DNA from: Candidatus Bathyarchaeia archaeon
GTDB taxonomy: Archaea; Thermoproteota; Bathyarchaeia; Bathyarchaeales; Bathycorpusculaceae
Length of the DNA stretch: 64,000 nucleotides
NCBI GenBank assembly: GCA_038883655.1
Contig: JAVZLQ010000002.1
Span: 57,532 to 121,531 of the forward strand
Direction: 5' to 3'
The notes beneath the pieces were generated by a model. That model saw nothing but the letters and a program-made list of their open reading frames with translations. It searched no databases and was not told the origin of the DNA. This document shows, one piece after another, positions 1-8,936 of the stretch (its first letter is position 1; each line of letters begins with the position of its first letter). Both the position numbers and the translations under genes were made by a program.

Positions 1-173
1 TTTCCTTTCTGTGCCTCAGCCCACATTCGACAAAACTCCATTTTTCCTGCGAGTTTTTGAAGGTCACTCATGGGTTCTTTACCAAAACTAATAGCTACTG
101 CGGGAAATTTCAACTCTAACACGCTTTTTAAGAACGTGCCCTGTATTTTCCAGTTAAATCTGTTTTCAGCCAT
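1..173 (-). CDS. DUF169-family protein, 5' part (runs off the left edge)
   Basis: Manual translation from ATG at 173: MAENRFNWKIQGTFLKSVLELKFPAVAISFGKEPMSDLQKLAGKMEFCRMWAEAQKG. The L.LK.P.VA..F ... FC.....A..G pattern resembles the DUF169 N-terminus. Confidence 0.6.
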   Translation of the reverse strand, partial: MAENRFNWKIQGTFLKSVLELKFPAVAISFGKEPMSDLQKLAGKMEFCRMWAEAQKG

Positions 174-391
174 AATTATCCGCATTTAGGTATAAGATTA
201 AAATGTATACTTTAATTTAATTATGTGGTTTTTAGGGAAACAGCGTGGTTAAAGCGGCAGATAAGTGCAGTTCTTATGATGAAAAAGTTCTGTACTAGTG
301 GAAGAGGTTAGAGCGACATAGAACCGAATTTGCCATCTACTCTACATTGGAAGAAAGAGTGAGCATGAACCAGAAGCTATTGTCTAAACTA

Positions 392-1066
392 TCAGATGAC
401 TGACAATATTTCTTGTAGACTTTTTATTTTCTTCACATTGCAAGTTTGTTTTTCATCCATATCTATAAGTAGCGCATTTAACCCAGCTTTTCTAGCGCCT
501 TCATAATCTATTTTCGCGTCGTCACCGACAAACAAAACATTTTTTGGCTGTAGACCAAGTTTTTCACAAGCGTAAATAAAAATTTCTTTTGCTGGTTTTG
601 CTTTCCCAGCAACATCAACGCAAACTTTAACATCGAAGAAGCTTTCAAGTCCTAACTTCTTCAAAACCTTTTCCACATCCGCCCGCAAGCTGTTTGTGAT
701 AACGCCAACCTTTAAGCCCTTCTCCCTCAATTTTTTCAGAACTGTTAAGGCTTCTGGATAAAGCGAAAAATTGGCGTATTCCCACCATTCTCTGTCGATT
801 TCCTCTGCCAAGAATAAAGCGTTTTCTTTAATTCCCAAACCTTCCAAAACTAAAAGGTTAAACTCAACCCAAAACCTTGCGCCAAAATCAGCCATTTTCT
901 CTATGCCTAATTGCTTATTGGCTTTTTCCCAAGCCTTGGAAATTTCAGCAACAGAACATTCTATTCCATGCACTTTGAGAATTTTGTAGAAAATTTCTGG
1001 AGCAGGTTCAACATGAACAAGCGTTCCGCCCAAATCAAACAAAACAGCCTTTATTTGATTTTTCAT
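392..1066 (-). CDS. HAD-superfamily hydrolase (subfamily IA)
   Basis: Motifs FDLGGTL, ITNS, KP and VGDDAKID. Confidence 0.9.
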   Translation of the reverse strand: MKNQIKAVLFDLGGTLVHVEPAPEIFYKILKVHGIECSVAEISKAWEKANKQLGIEKMADFGARFWVEFNLLVLEGLGIKENALFLAEEIDREWWEYANFSLYPEALTVLKKLREKGLKVGVITNSLRADVEKVLKKLGLESFFDVKVCVDVAGKAKPAKEIFIYACEKLGLQPKNVLFVGDDAKIDYEGARKAGLNALLIDMDEKQTCNVKKIKSLQEILSVI

Positions 1067-1497
1067 CGACTTTCCCTTCTAAAAACTTTGAACTTTAGCT
1101 GTTCGCCTTTTGCTTTGAATTTTGGGCAGATATATGAAAGCATAAAGGCGATAAAAATCAAAAAAGCTATAAGAATTGTGATTATGCCGAGAATAGCGCT
1201 TTCAGTCAAGATGTAGCCGCCAACAATTATCCCAAGAGCCACAAACGCAGAAGCTACTACAGTAACCCTCTTTAACATGCCTTCACTAGTAACGTACAAA
1301 GTGAGGGCGCTTGACAAACAAGCAAACCCCAAAGCCGCTCCCAATGTTGCCAAAACAGCATCGCCAGAACAAAAGCCGCCTAGAAGCATGGAAAAACCTA
1401 GCATAAGAAAAACTAAAGAGTTTAGCAAAGCCCTATTCAACAAGTCCACCAATAAAATTTTAGAACCAAAATATAAGTAATTTCTGCAAGAAATCAA
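1063..1497 (-). CDS. hypothetical membrane protein (about 4 TM)
   Basis: Hydrophobic segments; stop overlaps the HAD start. True start may be further downstream. Confidence 0.7.
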   Translation of the reverse strand: MISCRNYLYFGSKILLVDLLNRALLNSLVFLMLGFSMLLGGFCSGDAVLATLGAALGFACLSSALTLYVTSEGMLKRVTVVASAFVALGIIVGGYILTESAILGIITILIAFLIFIAFMLSYICPKFKAKGEQLKFKVFRRESR

Positions 1498-1568
1498 GAA
1501 TTGAAAATGGCCGCTAAAACACGCCCATTTTCGATACTCCCTTCCTATCTTAGAAAATCGCCAGTAAT

Positions 1569-1671
1569 TGGTGCGGCCGCCGGGATTCGAACCCGGGATC
1601 GCAGGCTTGGAAGGCTTCCACGGCTGTTTTAGCTTAGCGTCTGTGTCCTAACCAGACTAGACGACGGCCGC
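1569..1671 (-). tRNA. tRNA-Gly(UCC) with 25-nt intron at position 29/30 (intron 1616-1640), encoded CCA
   Basis: Reverse complement GCGGCCGTCGTCTAGTCTGGTTAGGACACAG|acgctaagctaaaacagccgtggaa|GCCTTCCAAGCCTGCGATCCCGGGTTCGAATCCCGGCGGCCGCACCA. The anticodon stem CAGGC/GCCTG forms only after removing the insert. Confidence 0.9.
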
Positions 1672-1717
1672 TGTTTTGCATTATTTTATTTTCTAAGGGT
1701 TGTAGATAAAACTTCTT

Positions 1718-2386
1718 TTATTGTGGTTTTTCGTTTGGCTTGAAAAGTTTTTTCTCATGTGGCGATTTTGGTTTAAAGCTTCCCGGGTATTTGGGCATTG
1801 CGGCTTTTTGACGTTCAATGTTTCTTATCCTTGCATAGAGTTTTGCAATTTTTGTTTTTGATGGTTTTTTTGGCTTTGGGAGTTTGGCTGGGACTGGCGT
1901 GAAGGGTTTTATCTCTCTAGTTTTTTGGCGTTTTTCGGTTTTGCGGCTTGTCACCAACTCTTTAAATCTTCGGAAAATAACATAACCACTTTTCAAGTCA
2001 ACTTCTTGCACCTTCCATCCGGCGTCAAGCCACGCTTTGGCATGTGCGCTGGTCGGCGAGTTGCTCCACCAGCTTTCATTTTTGTAGGCGCTTATTGGCA
2101 AGTTATCGCCTATTATTCCGTCTATTTGGGCGAAGGAAAGCCTTACAGTATCTGTGAAGGCTGCCCTAAACTTTAGGTGATTCTTTAAGCCGTCGTATTT
2201 GCCCATAATTTTTGGTGATACAATTTTTCTGGCGCAGTTTAGGCAAAACATCCTACGCGTGTCGCCTGTTGAAACTTCTGGAACCATGCAGTCTACGCAA
2301 TATAAGCGTCCGCATCTTTGGCATGTTCTTAAATAGCGATATGGCAGAACTCTGCCGCAGATTCCACATTCATCTTTGATTGGCAT
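1718..2386 (-). CDS. Zn-finger + DUF7662-like domain protein with basic tail
   Basis: Likely start MPIKDECGIC; four CxxC pairs, then the KY..L..HL...LSF..I..I.G..LP.SA.....WW.N......AW..AGW pattern. Confidence 0.7.
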   Translation of the reverse strand: MPIKDECGICGRVLPYRYLRTCQRCGRLYCVDCMVPEVSTGDTRRMFCLNCARKIVSPKIMGKYDGLKNHLKFRAAFTDTVRLSFAQIDGIIGDNLPISAYKNESWWSNSPTSAHAKAWLDAGWKVQEVDLKSGYVIFRRFKELVTSRKTEKRQKTREIKPFTPVPAKLPKPKKPSKTKIAKLYARIRNIERQKAAMPKYPGSFKPKSPHEKKLFKPNEKPQ

Positions 2387-2521
2387 TATGAGCCACAACT
2401 GCTTGTGTCTATTTATCTGAATTATTAACGAGATTTTTAATATAAGCAATAGGGTTTTGGGTATTCGGAGTCTGCAATAAAACTTATAGAAGTGCAGTTT
2501 TGCTGCTTAAATCGTGGTTTC

Positions 2522-2869
2522 ATGCTTTTTAGCGAGTACCTTCACGAGAAAGCTGAAGAGTCAAGACACAATGAGACTATAGGATACTTGATAATCATAA
2601 TAGGCTCCGTGTTCTTCGTCGGCGGTCTAATCGAAACCGTCGTGATGGTTGAAAATCCAGAGTGGTTCCTAATAATTCCTTACCACCTGACGGCGCATCC
2701 ATACAGCCTTCTTGGATTGTCGCTGACTTTAACGGGTCTTGTTTTACTTTTTCTAGGAATTGCCATCAGCATTCATTACGCCAGAGAAAGAAGCTGGTAC
2801 ATGAAGGAACTGCATAAAACCCATGCGGCTGAAGAGCGGAAATTGCGGTCTGAAAGAAAATCTGGTTAA
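2522..2869 (+). CDS. hypothetical membrane protein (2 TM)
   Basis: Two hydrophobic helices; the ATG at 2522 is the probable start. Confidence 0.7.
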   Translation: MLFSEYLHEKAEESRHNETIGYLIIIIGSVFFVGGLIETVVMVENPEWFLIIPYHLTAHPYSLLGLSLTLTGLVLLFLGIAISIHYARERSWYMKELHKTHAAEERKLRSERKSG

Positions 2870-2876
2870 AGGTCTG

Positions 2877-3470
2877 TTAAAAATCAAGTATTAGACATGG
2901 CACTACGCTCATGAATGTAGGGTTCATTATTTTGGGCTTTATCAGAAGCGGGTCTACGTAGGCAATCATTGTCTTTCCTTCCTCACTTGGCTTAATTCTC
3001 CAAAACCTCTTCAAATCCTGCTCGGCAAGCTTCCTTCTACCATCCATGTCAGAGAGTTTTGCAAGCTCGATGGACTTCAAATAAAAGTCTGTTATGGCGT
3101 AGTTGACAAGGCGAATGTTAAACTTCAAGTCTTTATCGCTTAACTTTTCCTTCGTTTTTAGGCTGACTACCACGGCGTTTTTGAAGGCGTTTAGGCTTTC
3201 TTCCTTCAAAATTATTAGTGGGCATATGAACTTTGAGGCTTGAAGAAGCGAATCCAAGGTTTCGTCGTCCTCGATTTTTGGCAGAACAGCTAGCTTTTTC
3301 CATTTTTGGTTAAGTTTCATCCCTAAACTTTCTGAAACGCCGATCTCCCTATACCTAAATTTTCCCTTCAACCAGTCGATTTCGACTTTTGGGTCAATAT
3401 CGCACGAAAAGTAGAGGATTCCCCTCAGGTTCTTTACGAGGTATAGGTTAAGGGGTTCAGTCTCTTGCAT
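2877..3470 (-). CDS. hypothetical protein
   Basis: 197-aa ATG ORF co-oriented downstream of rtcB and the metalloprotease; no recognisable motif. Confidence 0.7.
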   Translation of the reverse strand: MQETEPLNLYLVKNLRGILYFSCDIDPKVEIDWLKGKFRYREIGVSESLGMKLNQKWKKLAVLPKIEDDETLDSLLQASKFICPLIILKEESLNAFKNAVVVSLKTKEKLSDKDLKFNIRLVNYAITDFYLKSIELAKLSDMDGRRKLAEQDLKRFWRIKPSEEGKTMIAYVDPLLIKPKIMNPTFMSVVPCLILDF

Positions 3471-3489
3471 ATGAAAGCCTTTTCATATT

Positions 3490-4077
3490 CTATCTTAAAG
3501 TGTTATCGCCTTTGGCTTTGCCTTCATTCTTCAAGCGTGAAATTTCTTCAATTTCTAGTTGATGTTTTCTGCAAAGCATGTAAACGCCCCCGTAAAAGTT
3601 TTCGGGTTTACACGGCGCCTTCATTAGGCAACCCTTAACTTTGCAGTGTCCTAGTTCCAAAGCGTGTCCAATTTCATGTAGGCTTATCCCGATGCAAGCC
3701 TCAAACAAGTGTTTTTTATCAATGCTGTAGGTTGAAACTATGGAAATGCGTGGTTCTGGAGTTAACCCAACAAGGCTTTCTCCAAGACCAAGAACGTAAT
3801 GTGGCAAAATCGCAAGCAAAATCGTTCCTGGATGGACGCAAAATAACCTTTTTAACTCATCCAACAAATCGTTGATGTAAACCATCTTTCTGCCCTTCAT
3901 GAAAAACTTTGCTAACAGACTTTTTGGTTTAAGAAGGATTTGTTCAGGAAGCGTCCTATTAGCTGGAATTTCAACAATCTCTATTTTATATATGGATTTG
4001 GCGTTTGTGCTAATGTCTTCTAAAAAGCCATAACTAAAATCGAATGTTTGAATAATCAGCTTATACATCACTTTCAA
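3490..4077 (-). CDS. archaemetzincin-like Zn metalloprotease
   Basis: HEIGHALELGHC-x4-CLM-x16-CRKH, a variant of HExxHxxGxxHCx4CxM...CxxC. Confidence 0.75.
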   Translation of the reverse strand: MKVMYKLIIQTFDFSYGFLEDISTNAKSIYKIEIVEIPANRTLPEQILLKPKSLLAKFFMKGRKMVYINDLLDELKRLFCVHPGTILLAILPHYVLGLGESLVGLTPEPRISIVSTYSIDKKHLFEACIGISLHEIGHALELGHCKVKGCLMKAPCKPENFYGGVYMLCRKHQLEIEEISRLKNEGKAKGDNTLR

Positions 4078-4152
4078 TGAAAATATGCGTCTTGTAGGCT
4101 TAACGCTTTTGCCTAACGTTCATTTAAGGAAATATAGGTGTAACGGGTGGCG

Positions 4153-5640
4153 TTAGCCCTTCACAACAGCTATTGGCACCATTCTGGCAACCTTTGTGGC
4201 AATCCCAACCTTGTCGCTTACATCCGCCACGATATCAACGTTTTTGTAGGCAGGGTCAGCCTCCTCAGCAAGCACCACTGAGCTTGCAGACCTAACGTAT
4301 ATTCCACGTTGCTCTAAGGCTTTCTTCACGTCTCCGCCCCAGAACCTCCTTTTTGCAGCGTTTCTGCTAAGCATTCTTCCAGCACCATGTGCCGTTGAAC
4401 CAAAGCTTATTTGCATGGCTTTTTCCGTGCCGACCAAAAGCCAAGAGCTTGTTCCCATGCTTCCAGGTATAAGGACTGGCTGACCAACCGCTCTATAGTC
4501 TGCTGGGATTTCTGGGTGGTTAGGTGGGAAAGCCCTTGTTGCGCCTTTTCTGTGAACCCAAACTTTCCTTTGTTCGCCATTAATGCGATGATTTTCTATT
4601 TTCGCAATGTTATGCGCCACATCGTAGATGAGTTTCAAGCCGAACCTTTCTGGGTCTTGCTTAAAAACTTGCTTGAAGCTTTGCCTAACCCAATGCATTA
4701 TTGCTTGACGGTTTGCAAATGCATAATTTACGGCGCAAGCCATCGCCTTATAATAATCTTCAGCCTCGTTGCTTTTTCCTGGGGCGCATGCAAGCTCCCT
4801 ATCTGGTAGGACAATCTTGTATTTGTGCACTGCCCTTTCCATAACCCGCAAATAATCAGAACATATTTGATGCCCGTAGCCGCGGGAGCCGCAGTGAATC
4901 ATTACGATTATTTGTCCTTCGCCTTCTATTCCAAAAGCCTTTGCAGTGTTGGAGTCGTAGATTCTATCAACTTTCTGAATTTCTAGAAAGTGATTTCCAG
5001 AGCCCAAAGTGCCGATTTGGGTTAGTCCTCTGTTCTTGGCTGTTGTTGAAACCTTGTCTGGGTCCGCGTTTTTCATGCATCCTCGTTCTTCGCAGTGTTC
5101 CGCGTCCTCGTCCCATCCCAATCCTTGGTCGATTACCCATTGGACACCTTCAACAACAAGCCTATCCAAATCGTGTTCGGTAACCCTGAAGTCTTTTCTG
5201 CGGCTTCCAAGCCCACATGGAACATTATCGAAAATCACGTTTGTCAACTCTACAAGTTTTGGTCTTAAGTCCTTTTCAAACAAGTTTGTTGTTAATAGGC
5301 GGACTCCACAGTTTATGTCGTAGCCAACTCCGCCTGGGCTGATTACGCCTTCCTCGTAGTCTGTGGCTGCAACGCCTCCTATTGGGAAGCCATATCCCTC
5401 ATGTCCGTCTGGCAATGTTATTGAGTGTTTGTATATGCCTGGTAAATGGGCAACATTTACACACTGTTCAAGCGTTCTATCGGTTTGCATTTTCTCAAGC
5501 AAGTCCCTATTAGCGAATATTATTCCTGGAACTCGCATGCCCGGCTTATATTTTGGAATGCGCCATGTGTAATCGTCTATTCTTTCAAGTGGAACCTTTT
5601 CTGTTGGTGGACGTCCTTCTCCTTCTTCCATTTCCTTCAC
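4153..5640 (-). CDS. rtcB: tRNA-splicing ligase RtcB
   Basis: PDGHEGYGFPIGG, GYDINCG, GSGNHF, HCGSRG, HRKGA, STAHGAGR and EEA..AYK motifs. Confidence 0.97.
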   Translation of the reverse strand: MKEMEEGEGRPPTEKVPLERIDDYTWRIPKYKPGMRVPGIIFANRDLLEKMQTDRTLEQCVNVAHLPGIYKHSITLPDGHEGYGFPIGGVAATDYEEGVISPGGVGYDINCGVRLLTTNLFEKDLRPKLVELTNVIFDNVPCGLGSRRKDFRVTEHDLDRLVVEGVQWVIDQGLGWDEDAEHCEERGCMKNADPDKVSTTAKNRGLTQIGTLGSGNHFLEIQKVDRIYDSNTAKAFGIEGEGQIIVMIHCGSRGYGHQICSDYLRVMERAVHKYKIVLPDRELACAPGKSNEAEDYYKAMACAVNYAFANRQAIMHWVRQSFKQVFKQDPERFGLKLIYDVAHNIAKIENHRINGEQRKVWVHRKGATRAFPPNHPEIPADYRAVGQPVLIPGSMGTSSWLLVGTEKAMQISFGSTAHGAGRMLSRNAAKRRFWGGDVKKALEQRGIYVRSASSVVLAEEADPAYKNVDIVADVSDKVGIATKVARMVPIAVVKG

Positions 5641-5699
5641 CTACCCTATGAAGTAACTTTGCTAAAATATAAGGAATTTTGGTGTTTAAACCAAAACGT

Positions 5700-6623
5700 T
5701 CAACTAGTCGAAACCCTTTCTTTCCTAACAAAATCGATAAAGCCTTCCAAGCTTTCTTTCAATGTTGTCTCGCTTAGAATTGGGTGCGTTGTCAAGTACT
5801 TTAGCGCCCTCTTAACCGCGTCATCACGCTCAATTATACTTTCCTTAATGGCTTCTAACGTATCTCCGTTTTCCACACCTTGTCTAGCAATGCTTTCCCA
5901 AAGTCGAATTTGCCTCGCGTATGTTTGGAGTTTTTCGATAGCGTTTTCTGCCTTGCCAAAGTGGCTATAATACAAGAATTTTGGTTTTAGGCGAATCAGC
6001 GCATTAATTGAATTTAGCGCGACGTTTAAGTAAAAAGGTGCAGGTGTTGTCGGCACGATTACGTCAAGCGTGTTTAGGTATATGCCCGCTGCGTCTCCAG
6101 TGAAAATGCCGTTGCTTAGTGGATCATAATAACATAAATGGTGTGAAGCATGTCCAAGAGTTTCGACAATTTTGATGGCAACGTCGTTTCCAACATCAAT
6201 TGTTGTGTCGTCAACTGCTGGAGTTACTCGCTCTTTTGGAACTGGTTCTGGCGCGCCGTAAATTTTCGTTATCTCTCCTAAAACTGCTTTTGATTGTTCC
6301 CAAAGCTTTTCTGGGTTGATTAAATGCGGCGCTCCCCTTGGGTGAACTATGATTTTTGCTTTTGGCAGATGCTTTATTAACGTTCCAGCGCCTCCGCCGT
6401 GGTCTAGGTGAATGTGAGAAAGCGCAATGTAAGCCACATCTTCTGGTTTTATGCCTAACTGTTTTAGGCTTAGAAGTAAATTTGATATTGATGATGTTGG
6501 ACCAGTTTCAATTATTGCTGTTTTTTCTCCCTTGAGTATGTAGCTTGCTATGAAATTTTCAATTCCAGCAGGTTCCAAATCCACCAAGTACAAGTAATCT
6601 TCCAGTCTCGTTACTCGCATCAT
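5700..6623 (-). CDS. MBL-fold metallo-hydrolase
   Basis: SHIHLDHGGG, GHASHH, FTGDAAG and SHFG. Confidence 0.9.
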   Translation of the reverse strand: MMRVTRLEDYLYLVDLEPAGIENFIASYILKGEKTAIIETGPTSSISNLLLSLKQLGIKPEDVAYIALSHIHLDHGGGAGTLIKHLPKAKIIVHPRGAPHLINPEKLWEQSKAVLGEITKIYGAPEPVPKERVTPAVDDTTIDVGNDVAIKIVETLGHASHHLCYYDPLSNGIFTGDAAGIYLNTLDVIVPTTPAPFYLNVALNSINALIRLKPKFLYYSHFGKAENAIEKLQTYARQIRLWESIARQGVENGDTLEAIKESIIERDDAVKRALKYLTTHPILSETTLKESLEGFIDFVRKERVSTS

Positions 6624-6722
6624 GCATCACATGCGCGCTCTTAGAAACATGGTTTTCAGCGCTCGATTGTTTAAACGTTTTGCAATGAACCCTTTTAAAT
6701 AAATCATAAAGCATTATCACCT

Positions 6723-7202
6723 GTGAAAGAGATGCTAATCAAAATAGTTCGAGAACTAACGCCAGAAGAGGTTAGAGAGCGAATAAAAGGTTTTGAAAAG
6801 GATTTCGGCATGAACTTTGAAAGGTTTGAAGAAGCCTTTTTCAAGAAAAAGCTGAGCGGCAAACTTGCTAAAGCCTATTTTGAATGGGCAGAACTAGTAG
6901 ACAGCTATAGGGGCTATGTGGAGGAGGGACAACTCGACTATACAACTGAGGAAATTAGGGAGTTTAAGCCTGAGCAGGCAGCTTTGCTTACGCCTAAAAG
7001 GATAGAACTACTTTATCAACTCGCAGTTTTAAGGGTTGACTCGATAAACGATTTCGCCCAAAAAGTTGGACGCAACGTGAAAAACGTTTATGAAGATTTA
7101 AAAGTCCTAAGCAAATTTGGCTTTGTCAGGTTCAGTAAGCGAAAAGGTAAAGCGCTTGTGCCAGAAACCACAATAAAGGAGATAACGTTCTTAATACGCT
7201 AA
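6723..7202 (+). CDS. HTH DNA-binding protein (HVO_A0114-like) with antitoxin-like N-terminus
   Basis: C-terminal LTPKRIELL...SINDFAQKVGRNVKNVYEDLKVL HTH; N-terminal FEK.FGM.FE.F...Y.EW. Confidence 0.7.
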   Translation: MKEMLIKIVRELTPEEVRERIKGFEKDFGMNFERFEEAFFKKKLSGKLAKAYFEWAELVDSYRGYVEEGQLDYTTEEIREFKPEQAALLTPKRIELLYQLAVLRVDSINDFAQKVGRNVKNVYEDLKVLSKFGFVRFSKRKGKALVPETTIKEITFLIR

Positions 7203-7207
7203 AGTTA

Positions 7208-7555
7208 TTAAACTCTAACTTCTCCATGATTCTTTTGAGTGAAATAGTCTAGGCAGCTAATTCTCTCTAAGGCTTATTGGAATTTTGATGGAACGTAAAA
7301 ATAGAAGGGACAAGCAAAAATTATGCCGTCTGCAGATTTTATCTCCTCAAACAACACGTGAAAATCATCTTTAATTGCGCATTCAAAAGGCTTTATGGCG
7401 CAAAATTCGAAACAGAGCTCACAAGGCTTAATATTCAATTCCCCAATTTGAACGATTTTCGTCTCAACTGGCGAGGTGTTTTCAAGCATTTCTTTAAGAA
7501 GAAAATAAGAGTTACCGCCTTTTCTATTAGAACCGGAGACGCCTAAAATTTTCAT
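7208..7555 (-). pseudogene. truncated flavodoxin-like iron-sulfur flavoprotein
   Basis: MKILGVSGS.RKGGNS, CxxCxxxC-x5-C and ADGIIFACPFY motifs. In-frame TAA at 7274-7276, then ALERISCLDYF... and a second stop at 7208; the C-terminal half is missing. Confidence 0.75.
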
Positions 7556-7770
7556 GTTAACCGCCGCTGTAATTTCAATTACTTATACGCTTTAGTTTAA
7601 CCTTGTGTTTATAGTGAGAACTGGCTGATGAACATCAAATTTAGCTCTTGTTACACAGATAAATTGGATACCCTCTCTAGAAATTTTCAAACGCTGCAAA
7701 CAGCAATACTTAATTATCAATCTACTGCTCTCTTATGGAAATACAGAAGTCATGTTCAGAGTGAACGGAA

Positions 7771-8430
7771 ATGGTTAAAGTCATAATCTTCGGTGCGCCT
7801 GGTTCAGGAAAGGGCACTTATGCTTCGCGGTTGCAATCTAAACTTGGCGTTGATGTCATTGCTACTGGGGATGTTTTTAGGGAGATTATAAAGGAGGATA
7901 CACCGCTAGGACATAAGGTGAAGGGCTATGTGGAGAAGGGTTTGCTTGTTCCAGACGATGTTGTAATCGAAGTTCTAAAACAGCGTATGAGGAAAATTCC
8001 AAGCGGCAAGGGCTTCATTTTGGATGGTTATCCGCGTACAATTGAGCAGGCGAAGGCGCTAGAAAAAATTGCCAAGATAGACGTGGTAATTCGGTTGGTA
8101 GTTCCAGACTGGATAATCATTGAACGCCTTTCAGCGCGGAGGATTTGCAGAAAATGCGGAGAAGTTTACAACTTAAGATACTTGAAGCCCAAGGTTGACA
8201 TGGTATGCGACAAGTGTGGCGGAGAACTCTACCAGCGTTCTGATGACACTCCAGAAGTTATAAAGAGGCGAATTGAAGTTTATGAGCAGCAAACGAAACC
8301 AATACTTGAATATTACAGGGGGAAAGGCGTTCCATTCGTTGAGTTTAAAACGGAATCGCTTGAAATGCCTCCGGAAGTCGCCGTAGAAGAAATCATCAAA
8401 GGCTTGAAAAGGCTAAAGCTAATCGCTTAG
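7771..8430 (+). CDS. adk: adenylate kinase (bacterial-type, Zn-lid)
   Basis: GAPGSGKGT, LDGYPRT, CxxC...CxxC lid and QRSDD. Confidence 0.96.
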   Translation: MVKVIIFGAPGSGKGTYASRLQSKLGVDVIATGDVFREIIKEDTPLGHKVKGYVEKGLLVPDDVVIEVLKQRMRKIPSGKGFILDGYPRTIEQAKALEKIAKIDVVIRLVVPDWIIIERLSARRICRKCGEVYNLRYLKPKVDMVCDKCGGELYQRSDDTPEVIKRRIEVYEQQTKPILEYYRGKGVPFVEFKTESLEMPPEVAVEEIIKGLKRLKLIA

Positions 8431-8433
8431 CGT

Positions 8434-8871
8434 TTAAATGTCAAGTATAAACTTTAAGATGACCTTTCCAGGCTTTTTGATTATTTCCATCATGTGATAT
8501 GTTATGGCTTTTACGCCAACCTTTTGCACATGCTTTTCTGGGCTAAATTTTTCTCCCCAAATTTCAGCTTTAAGCCTAAAACCATCTGAGGTTTCCGTTA
8601 AGTTTTGAATTTTAAATTTTGAGTAAAGCATCTCGTTTAGCTCAAATTTCACCAGCAATGCTTCAAGCCAACTGTAAAGAAGTGCTTGTTCATCATGCGC
8701 CGCAACCTCCACAAAGTCCTTAACCTTTGGATTAACACTTTTTGTATCCGTCATAACTTCAAACATGGCAAGGGCTGCGTTCTCAAAGGCTTCAGTCAAG
8801 TCCCTACCATAAGCTGCAATGTAAACGTCTGCTGTATGTTCCAGAAACTCAAAATTTTTCTGTGCGTTCAT
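8434..8871 (-). CDS. archease (RtcB cofactor)
   Basis: FEFLEHTAD, VKAITYH and C-terminal LDI. Confidence 0.95.
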   Translation of the reverse strand: MNAQKNFEFLEHTADVYIAAYGRDLTEAFENAALAMFEVMTDTKSVNPKVKDFVEVAAHDEQALLYSWLEALLVKFELNEMLYSKFKIQNLTETSDGFRLKAEIWGEKFSPEKHVQKVGVKAITYHMMEIIKKPGKVILKFILDI

Positions 8872-8936
8872 TTCAGCATAAAAAAGTTTGTTTAAATTTA
8901 AAATGATTATGCTATTTTTCCCATAAAACGGGAAAG

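Noticed and set aside
4153-5640. Inteins in RtcB or other large proteins
   Set aside because: Protein lengths are normal and no intein terminal motifs were seen.
7625-7680. TGATGA C-box-like motif upstream of adk
   Set aside because: No D box at a suitable distance.
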